61,391 bases of DNA, taken from positions 1 through 61,391 of the IMG/VR virus record IMGVR_UViG_3300042866_000779. The stretch is one strand, 5' to 3'. The position numbers and the translations under genes are program-made. The notes below the pieces were generated by a model. That model saw nothing but the letters and a program-made list of their open reading frames with translations. It searched no databases and had not been told where the DNA came from. This DNA is from a virus (lineage: Duplodnaviria; Caudoviricetes). Shown piece by piece: positions 53,946 to 61,391 of this stretch (its first letter is position 1; each line of letters starts with the position of its first letter).

Positions 53946-54449
53946 TTACTCCCTTGTTACTATTCGACCTGTGAAAAACAAAACCCACGACCGCTCAATC
54001 TCTTGCTCTATCTCCTGCGCCAATCGAAGCTCGTATGCAGCACTTGCCTCTTCTGGTGTGTTGAAGCGACCTAGCTCCAGATACTTGCCGCCACAGTTCA
54101 TGCGGGCGACAAAGCGGTTGCGGTCACGCCGAACTCCGCGAGGCAGGGAAGTCGCTCGACAGCGCATTGGCCTGTTCAGTTGCTGCAATCTCGGAGTGGC
54201 CGGACGCAGGTTGCACAAGCGGTTGTCTGAGCGGTTTCTGTTGATGTGATCGACAGACAGCGGGGCGTCAGGGCATCGCCCGAATGCCAACTCAAACACC
54301 AGCCTGTGCTGGTACAGGAAAGGTGGCCTCTTGGTCCCTCTCGGCACCCAGACCGGGGAGTTCAGGTAGCCTGTTGGAAGCGCGTACCAGCGGTGCTGGC
54401 TAACGGCTGACTCAAAGGCCGGGTCAACAAGAAAGCTGGCTGCCTTCAT
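53946..54449 (-). CDS. HNH-AP2 homing endonuclease
   Basis: HRLV...VDHINRNRSDNRLCNLR; RGV...LGRFNTPEEASAAY. Confidence 0.9.
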   Translation of the reverse strand: MKAASFLVDPAFESAVSQHRWYALPTGYLNSPVWVPRGTKRPPFLYQHRLVFELAFGRCPDAPLSVDHINRNRSDNRLCNLRPATPRLQQLNRPMRCRATSLPRGVRRDRNRFVARMNCGGKYLELGRFNTPEEASAAYELRLAQEIEQEIERSWVLFFTGRIVTRE

Positions 54450-55405
54450 TCCACTCGGCCCTCACTTGAGGAGGATGGGCCACCGGGAATAAAGAGTTCG
54501 TTAACCTTGCCGTAGCCGTCTTCTAGCCAGTCACCCAATGCGCGGCGACGAGCAATGTCAGTGAGAAGTTCGTCCAGCCGACGCCTGCTCTGCTCCCTGA
54601 ACCACTCTGGCAGGGTGATGACCTGCGTCAGATAGGGCTCGACGGTCTGGGTGACCACGAACACCATCGGGGGCTCGGCCAGACCGGCCACCACTGCGCC
54701 TTGACTGTATAAGGCATCGCTGATTCCGTACCCGTAGGTGCGGACGGAGCGGGAGAAGTCCTTGAGGATGTTGACCTCGGAGGTGGACTTCCAGTCAACG
54801 AGTCGCCCGCCCTCACAGATGGCATCCGGTCGGCAGCGGACCTTCACCCCGGCAGTTGATTCCCAGCGGATGCTCACCTCTTGGTGAACGATGGATTCCT
54901 GAAGCTCGACGGCTGCGGGGTTCCGGTCGAAACCGTCCTTCATCCGGCCAAGGGTTTCCCCCATGTCAGGGGAGAGGATGATGGCATCCGGGGCCAGCGT
55001 GGCCAGCCATTCCTTGGTTGCCTTTTTTGTTGACAACCCCCCACTGGCGGTACAATGTTCTTCAGGGGCAGTGACTGCCCTCTCCGCGAAGAGGTCGGAC
55101 CCAATTTCGCGGAGGGTGTGCCACGCTCTGCCTAGCTGTAGGGCCTGCGACTTGGAGTCGGAAGTCCTGCCAAGCTCCACCGCATTGAAGAAGCGGGTGG
55201 CTGACTCTGCCAGCTTGATCTGGGTAGAGCCGAGATGAACCTTGTCGCCGTGATAGAAGGCGAGGGGCTCATCGAAGAGGACATTGGCAAGATAGGTAGC
55301 TTGGGAAGCTAGCACTCTACCAACTGAGTTACGCCCGCGTTCCACGGCAGCGTAATCCTTGCAGTCGGCAGAAGCAATGCGACCCTCCAAACTGGAGGAA
55401 GTCAT
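54446..55405 (-). CDS. RecE-like PD-(D/E)XK exonuclease (DUF3799)
   Basis: LGRAWHT; EVSIRW; RCRPD...DWKST; YGY...ALY. Confidence 0.85.
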   Translation of the reverse strand: MTSSSLEGRIASADCKDYAAVERGRNSVGRVLASQATYLANVLFDEPLAFYHGDKVHLGSTQIKLAESATRFFNAVELGRTSDSKSQALQLGRAWHTLREIGSDLFAERAVTAPEEHCTASGGLSTKKATKEWLATLAPDAIILSPDMGETLGRMKDGFDRNPAAVELQESIVHQEVSIRWESTAGVKVRCRPDAICEGGRLVDWKSTSEVNILKDFSRSVRTYGYGISDALYSQGAVVAGLAEPPMVFVVTQTVEPYLTQVITLPEWFREQSRRRLDELLTDIARRRALGDWLEDGYGKVNELFIPGGPSSSSEGRVE

Positions 55406-55556
55406 GAGGGTTAACAGTCCTTTGTTTTCAAGGGAAAAAGCTGGGGAGCAACGCGCCCCCCAAAGTGCGGAGCCTCTTAGAGGGGGAGGTGGCAAATCCC
55501 CCACTGCGTGGCACGGTTGGTCACGCCCTGAGGCGGGCAACACGGAAGGAGGAGCG

Positions 55557-56402
55557 ATGCCACTGACTTCGATTGTTGATGAGTACGTTGATAGCCGTGA
55601 CCTGTGCCACAACTACAGACGGCATCTGATGCGAACTGCTGAAAGCATGGCATCATTTGGCATAACCTCCGTGGCCGACTTGACTCCTCAACGGGTCACC
55701 CGTTGGCTCGACTCTCTGGCCTGTTCAAGGGCCACGAAGTCGAACTACCGGAGGCAAGCACTGACGATAATTCGTGCAGCACTTGGCCCCGGTTGTGCGA
55801 ATTTTATCGAAGGTGTTCGGCGTGTCAAGTATTCGGTTCCACCTCCAGTTGCGTGGTCGGAAAAAGAATTGGAGAGGTTGCTGGCGGCTGCCGACAGCAT
55901 GAAGAGAACGCTTGCTTCAGGTTGCCCAGCCTCCCTGTTTTTTCGTGCGTGGATATTGACGGGCTACTTCACAGGTCTGAGATTTTCGGACGAGCTACAC
56001 CTGAAGGTGAGCCAGCTTCGCGGCGACCGGCTGCACCATGTCATCAGTAAGACATCGCAGCCCTACGTCAAGGTGTTGAACCAAGAGGTGGTCGATCTCC
56101 TGAGGCAACTGGCGGAACACCCCGCCAACGTGGACGGCAAGACGTTCTTCTCTTGGGCACTGAAGGAACACTGGCTGCGGGTCTGGTTCCGCCGCCTCTG
56201 CAAGCAGGCCGGTCTGGAGGGCACACCCAAGTGGCTGAGAAGGAGCGGGGCCACGGCTTGCGAGGCTCAGAGTCCCGGGTCAGCCAGCCGCTACCTCGCG
56301 CACCGATCCCCGGAATTGGCCCTCAAATACTACGTCGATGCCAGCTTGCTGCCGGATGCCATGCCCACCCCGCCACGGCTACAGCATAAAAGGGTTTCCT
56401 AG
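55557..56402 (+). CDS. Tyrosine recombinase/integrase
   Basis: TGLRFSDE; K; KWLRRSGAT; LAH; KYY; AGGAGG SD. Confidence 0.88.
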   Translation: MPLTSIVDEYVDSRDLCHNYRRHLMRTAESMASFGITSVADLTPQRVTRWLDSLACSRATKSNYRRQALTIIRAALGPGCANFIEGVRRVKYSVPPPVAWSEKELERLLAAADSMKRTLASGCPASLFFRAWILTGYFTGLRFSDELHLKVSQLRGDRLHHVISKTSQPYVKVLNQEVVDLLRQLAEHPANVDGKTFFSWALKEHWLRVWFRRLCKQAGLEGTPKWLRRSGATACEAQSPGSASRYLAHRSPELALKYYVDASLLPDAMPTPPRLQHKRVS

Positions 56403-59400
56403 ATCACCGACGGCTTGAGCCTGCTTGGCCTTCCTCGCCTCTTGCCGCATCTGCCGGTCGAGCCGGTAGAGAAGGACATCCTCGGGGTTGGCGTATGGCA
56501 GCAACTCCTCGGGAATGTACTTGGACTCAAATTTCTTGATTGCTGGTGAGTCGGAGAGCATATCCCCCAGTTCCCGGCTGGCATCCATGCGGGCCGCATC
56601 TTCAGAGATATTGGTCACCTTCATGCCGGTCAGGGTATTGAAGGCATTTTGCCCCAGCCGCGCAGACAAGCTGGGCACCCGCTCATCGTCCATGAGCCGG
56701 TTGAGTAGCTGGAGGGCCCGGGGTGCGTGGGGCACGAAGTCCAAGAGCATATTGCTGCCCTTGAGCAAGCTGTCGGTGGTGGAGTATGGGTCCACCCCAA
56801 GCTCTCGCCCGATCTTCTGGATGGTCGGCTCAAATTCCGCCATGCTCTTGCCGGTGTGCAGGTTCCGCCCGCTGAGTAGCTCCACCCCGTCGCGGATCAG
56901 CGGGTGCATGAGTTGGCTGGTGGTGTCGAGGAACGTGTTGTAGGCACTGTCCCCGTACTTAACGCCACCATCAAGCCCCTGCTTGACGTTGACCATGTTG
57001 ATCAGCGAAGAACCCGGAACATCGAAAGAGTTAATGAAGCTGTTGACCCCTTCGGTCTTGGGTGCCAGCGTGTCGATCACACTGCCCAGCCCGGGAACAT
57101 CTCTCAGTCCCTCAAGAGAGAAGCCAATGCTCTCTTTGATTTGCTTGGGGATGTAGCTGTCATCAGGGTTGTCGAGCGAGGTTCCCTTAGTAAGGGCATC
57201 CGGCCCTCTGAGAGCAACCTGTGTGTAGGCACCACCCGGATGCTCAAACATCTTGGCAGCCACCCACGCACCAGTCCTACTGGAATAACTCCAGAAGGGT
57301 ATGAAGCTCTTCACGAACCGTTGCTCAAACCTTGTTAGTGAACCGAAGTCCACCTGACTCGCCGCTGTTCTACGCGCCGCCTCTTGCGGACTCACGCCTT
57401 GGAGAAGGAGTGCTGCGTAACCTCCAAGTCGATTGATGCTGTCGGTAGCGTCACCTTGCTTGGCACCCCACCGCAGGATCGGGTCAGTCAGTTGCCGATC
57501 ACCGATGTATTCGCTGAAGGACTCTCCGACTGGGATGCCCATGCCCCGCTTGCTGGCAGCCACACCCGGGATGTCATTGGCAAAGTTGGTCGCAGCCCCA
57601 GCGAATCTCCTGAGCGGGGCCATGACCTGTGCTGTGAGTGGATTGAGTTCTGAGTAGGGAGCGTATCGCGGGCTGAGAGGCATCCTGCCCCGCAGTGCAT
57701 CACCCAACTGATAGCCCACGGTGGTGACAGGTCGTGCCCCGGGAAGAGCGGAGTCGAGGAGTGATTCGCCGGTCTGGCTTCCAGTCCACCGGGCACCAAC
57801 GTCTTCGATGCGGCGACCGCTGAGAACCCCAGAGGCACCAAGATCGTCTCGGAAGGCGGCGATGGCAGCGTCTATTCCCTGCGTTTGAGCCACCCCCTGA
57901 TACCTCGGCATCTTGGATACCATCGGACCCAGCCGGTCAAGCTGGCCCTGCATCAAATACTTGGCAGCGGAGTATCCATTAAGAAGGTCTACCGGATTGC
58001 CTACCTCAATGAAGTTGGAGATGGCCCCTGAATAGCGGTCCCTCACAAATCGACTCGGAAAGCTGAGAACCGATGACTTCCATAGGTTGGTGAGATCATC
58101 CATAAATTTGCCCATCACACCCTGCACCTCGGGCTGGGCGTAATAGTCAGCGATGCGATTGAATCTCTGCACCAGCCGCTGATCAATCGACACGTTGGCG
58201 AGGTCAGCGATGTCGATGGGTGGCTGGCCAGCCGCCGCCAGTCGAGCATTGATCCGCTCCAGAATCTGGTGCTTGGCACCAATAGCATTGGCAACAGGGG
58301 GCAGGCCGGACGCAAGCTGGGGCATGGTCTGCCCAAGGTTTGCGGGTCCATAGGGCACACCCGGAACTGGGCCATGCTGCGGCAGGGATGGGGTCCGCAG
58401 GTCAAGCTGTTGCAGCGTCCGGTTCATGGAGTCATGGCGACCACCCGGCACGTTCAGGTAGTTGTCATGGACTGCGGATGCACCCAGTGCGTCATACATG
58501 ACCCGGGCCCGCTCCATCGCACGTTCGCGGCCACGCACATAGCGTGATGCGTCCTCGGTGAAGTGCTGATCGAACAGCCCTCTCCCCGCATCCCGGGCTT
58601 GCTGGGTCATGGAGCGGATGTCGCGGGCCAGCTTGACGGCATGGGCACGGGAGTAGGTTTGCTGACCGGGGCCCACCATTCCATTGATGGTGTTGTAGAT
58701 GTGGTCCGCAGCCAGCCCGTCATTGGCAGCATTGAGGACACGGGCATCACGGGACAGGTCATTGATCGTCTGCGTTCCACCCGGAACCTGATATGCGGCA
58801 TCGCGGGCGATCTGATCACCCGTCATCACGCTCCAGTCCTTGCCCTTGCCGCCCATCTGGGGCAGGCCAGTGCGGTCGAATACATCCTTGTCCACGCCAC
58901 GGGGGAAATACTCTGTTCCGTATGCGTCCCGTAGCTCACCATCACCCAGACCGGCGCGGCGGCTGCGGTCAAGGTAATCAGAGGCCGTCGCCTTCCACTT
59001 GGTGACGAAGCTGTCGAGGTTGTTGCTGGTGACCAAGCTCTGGTCTGCGGTACTGGCAGTGCCCTCAATGACGTTGCGAACAGCGTTGGAGATGGCAGGG
59101 TTGCGGAACACACCCGGAGAACGCTGCTGCAACTCCCGCATCATCTGGGTAGTCCAGCGGCCAGACCTTGCCAGAGCCGCCTTGTCACCTCGGACAAAGC
59201 TCTTAGCCAGAATCTGATCACCCTCGTCCACCGCCCCAGCCACGCTGTCACCAAACATGGTGCTGGCAGAGACAAGGTGGCGACCGGGGCCGGACCAGCG
59301 GATTGCTTGACCAGTCCTGTCAAGGAGTGCGGCAGACCGGGCACCACCCAGAGCGTCAGGAATCTGGCCCGCTATGGACCCACCCAGAAACTTGGGGAGA

Positions 59401-60143
59401 GCAATGCCAACATCATTGTAGAGCCTGTCACCAGCTACCTCATCGAAGCTCGTCTTGTAGTTCTTCTGGAGCCATTGCTCGACCCCTTCCCGTGCGGCAG
59501 TGGGATCAGCCTGAGCATCCACCAGTTCCCTGAGGGTGGTGTTCCTGCCAGCCGTTCTCTTCCCAATGATCGGGCGGGAGAGAAGGTCATCGTCTGTGAG
59601 CCGGTCGAGCCCGTGATTGAAGTTCTCTTGGAGGGAGCGGGTGGCATTCCTCGCGTAACCAAAGTCGCCAAGCTCATCAATGTTGCGGGCACCAGTGGCA
59701 AGGTCATCCGCCAGCCGCCGCCCAGCCACACGGGTAACGTCATCCGCCAGCCCCGCAGCCTTGGCCGCAAGGGATGCCTTCGATGCAGCACCACCGCCAA
59801 ACGTCACAAGGTTGAGGGGATCGGTGCCGATGCCCAGACCAAGCTCTGCCAGCGGTCGGCCCCACCCACCAAGAGCATCCTCGCTGGGACGCATCCCAAA
59901 GTCTTCAAGCGTGTCCCCCGGGGAGGAGAACGTCCCGATGGGCTGCCCTCTGGCAATGTCCAGAATGGTGGCACCGGGGACGTTGATCAGGTCTAGCAGC
60001 TTGCTGACCGTGGGGCGGGTGCCACGGGTCAGCTTCTCTAGGGCCTCATCCCTCTGCCAAGCTGGGAGTGCAGACGTAGCGGGCTTGTCATCCGGCAGAA
60101 ACGGATTGCTGCCCGCATCCATGAACGGATCACGCCAAGCCAT
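56379..60143 (-). CDS. Large internal virion/ejection protein (1254 aa)
   Basis: TDPLNLVTFGG; EYFPR; DFGSLTRFEQRFVKSFIPFWSY motif typical of large podovirus ejection proteins. Confidence 0.7.
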   Translation of the reverse strand: MAWRDPFMDAGSNPFLPDDKPATSALPAWQRDEALEKLTRGTRPTVSKLLDLINVPGATILDIARGQPIGTFSSPGDTLEDFGMRPSEDALGGWGRPLAELGLGIGTDPLNLVTFGGGAASKASLAAKAAGLADDVTRVAGRRLADDLATGARNIDELGDFGYARNATRSLQENFNHGLDRLTDDDLLSRPIIGKRTAGRNTTLRELVDAQADPTAAREGVEQWLQKNYKTSFDEVAGDRLYNDVGIALPKFLGGSIAGQIPDALGGARSAALLDRTGQAIRWSGPGRHLVSASTMFGDSVAGAVDEGDQILAKSFVRGDKAALARSGRWTTQMMRELQQRSPGVFRNPAISNAVRNVIEGTASTADQSLVTSNNLDSFVTKWKATASDYLDRSRRAGLGDGELRDAYGTEYFPRGVDKDVFDRTGLPQMGGKGKDWSVMTGDQIARDAAYQVPGGTQTINDLSRDARVLNAANDGLAADHIYNTINGMVGPGQQTYSRAHAVKLARDIRSMTQQARDAGRGLFDQHFTEDASRYVRGRERAMERARVMYDALGASAVHDNYLNVPGGRHDSMNRTLQQLDLRTPSLPQHGPVPGVPYGPANLGQTMPQLASGLPPVANAIGAKHQILERINARLAAAGQPPIDIADLANVSIDQRLVQRFNRIADYYAQPEVQGVMGKFMDDLTNLWKSSVLSFPSRFVRDRYSGAISNFIEVGNPVDLLNGYSAAKYLMQGQLDRLGPMVSKMPRYQGVAQTQGIDAAIAAFRDDLGASGVLSGRRIEDVGARWTGSQTGESLLDSALPGARPVTTVGYQLGDALRGRMPLSPRYAPYSELNPLTAQVMAPLRRFAGAATNFANDIPGVAASKRGMGIPVGESFSEYIGDRQLTDPILRWGAKQGDATDSINRLGGYAALLLQGVSPQEAARRTAASQVDFGSLTRFEQRFVKSFIPFWSYSSRTGAWVAAKMFEHPGGAYTQVALRGPDALTKGTSLDNPDDSYIPKQIKESIGFSLEGLRDVPGLGSVIDTLAPKTEGVNSFINSFDVPGSSLINMVNVKQGLDGGVKYGDSAYNTFLDTTSQLMHPLIRDGVELLSGRNLHTGKSMAEFEPTIQKIGRELGVDPYSTTDSLLKGSNMLLDFVPHAPRALQLLNRLMDDERVPSLSARLGQNAFNTLTGMKVTNISEDAARMDASRELGDMLSDSPAIKKFESKYIPEELLPYANPEDVLLYRLDRQMRQEARKAKQAQAVGDLGNPFML

Positions 60144-60146
60144 TGA

Positions 60147-61264
60147 TTACTTCCAGCCGGGAAAGAGGAAGTCAGGGACAATCCAGTCGCGGACAGTGCC
60201 CAGTGGGCCAAGCTGCTCGTTGCTCTGGGCCCACGTTGCGTTCTTATTGAAGATGCGCTGGTAGTGCTTCTGGTTCTCGGGAGTGTCAGCCGCCCCCGAA
60301 TACTTCAGGAATTGCTGGTAGTTCATGTGGCCAGCGACTTGCTGAAGTTCAGACTGTTCCTCAGGGGATAGCTGGCCCAGCCGACTGCCCATGTCCTTGA
60401 CGATGGTCTGGTAGTGGTTCTCAACCCCAGCCTTTGCGGCCTTCGGATCACCACCAGCACCCTGCGTATAGAACGCTTCAATCGCAGCCTTGCGGGCAGG
60501 CCCCGGCGGCATGGCCTGAATCTCTGCCATGTTCTTTTGCACAGACTGGGCAACCGTCTGGGGTGGCGGCTTCTGCCCAGCCATCTCAGCCTTGGCCTTC
60601 TCGCTGGCAGAGTGCTGGTCAGTCATGTTCTTGGCGGCATAGAGGAAGCCCGGTCCATACCGCTGCGAATACATGGCCGCAGCCGCGCTGGCAGAGGCAA
60701 TGTCACCACGGGCAGCGTGACGCTGGACATCCTCCATAGCCATCACATACCCACGGTCCACACCCATCTGGCTGGCCACGTTCTGTTGCTTGGCCCGGTT
60801 CTGGATGTTCACCGAAATCTGGGCAGCCTTCTGGGCATCCAGATGATCGGTCAGAGCGCGGGTAGCAACAGCCCTCGCGGAGTGGGCAGACCCGGGAGCG
60901 TTGGTGTTGGCCTGATCGTAGGCAGCCACCATGTCTGAATACAGCTTGGGGTTCTGTGCGATCTCCGCACCGTACCGGGCAGCTTGCTGCTTCAGGAACA
61001 TCTTCCGCCGCCAGTGGTCGGGCACCCCGGAAGCATTGCCGCCCGGTGCCGTCATGCCGCTGCCGTAGTCTCGGAAGCCAGCCGCCAGTAGCTGATCTTG
61101 AGTGGCGGTTTTGGGATCAATCGGCGGCTGTGGCTGCGGAGCCGGGGGCTGCGGGGGAGGAGGGGCCTGATTGCCACCTCCATTCATGGCATCAATAACG
61201 TACCCAAGAACGCCACCACCTGCGGCAAGGGCAGCACCAGCACCAAGTGCAGCACCCCACCCAT
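60147..61264 (-). CDS. 3' part of the junction-spanning putative ejection protein (starts at 217)
   Basis: Open frame continues upstream across the 127-bp overlap. Confidence 0.8.
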
Positions 61265-61391
61265 TCCCTCTGGCTGGAACGTCCGGGGCTGTTGGGCCCG
61301 GGAGATTCCGGGTGGGAGGAACGTCAGGCGGCGGAAGGTTCCTGCCAGAAGGGGGCGGCGGAACATCCGGCGGCGGCGATAGATTGCGACC
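61265..61391. repeat. Terminal direct repeat, copy 2
   Basis: Identical to 1-127. Confidence 0.95.

Noticed and set aside
55410-55556. Hairpins upstream of the integrase as attP or an HDV-like ribozyme
   Set aside because: Could not fit a nested double pseudoknot or a tRNA-like att core; may be ordinary divergent promoter DNA
56379-60143. Virion RNA polymerase (to explain the hairpin elements, as in N4)
   Set aside because: No single-subunit or DxDGD-type polymerase motifs seen; far smaller than N4 vRNAP; hairpin polarity is opposite

Overview
The window is an apparently complete, circularly assembled ~61.26 kb tailed-phage genome. Positions 1-127 equal 61265-61391, and one gene reads through the junction. 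The architecture is podovirus-like and the host is probably a planctomycete, judged from a DUF1559 prepilin-like gene with supporting CAP-domain and CsrA-like genes. The minus-strand late arm (~56.4 kb through the junction to 34.7 kb) encodes putative internal/ejection proteins, tail nozzle and adaptor, collagen-rich fibres, portal, TerL/TerS, a possible lysis cluster, major capsid protein and scaffold. A plus-strand early arm (35.8-46.3 kb) holds many small genes, a DUF932-like gene, a LexA-type DNA-binding domain and a serine recombinase. A minus-strand arm (46.2-55.4 kb) holds a sigma-70-like factor, DUF5664, an Hjc-type resolvase, MazG, HNH nucleases, an SF2 helicase, CsrA, ERF and a RecE-like exonuclease, followed by a tyrosine recombinase. 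The standout signal is non-coding and lies in the early arm. It has (i) seven 29-nt elements, each a 7-bp hairpin with a GGA triloop plus AGCCTCTGG at fixed spacing; (ii) three anticodon-less tRNA-like mini-RNAs directly after three of these; (iii) four type II hammerhead ribozymes with full stem covariation, each starting at or just after a stop codon; and (iv) terminator-like hairpins and ACAC-rich ribosome-binding leaders. Together these suggest a modular RNA-processing system for early genes. All protein calls come from motif recognition by eye; no database searches were run.
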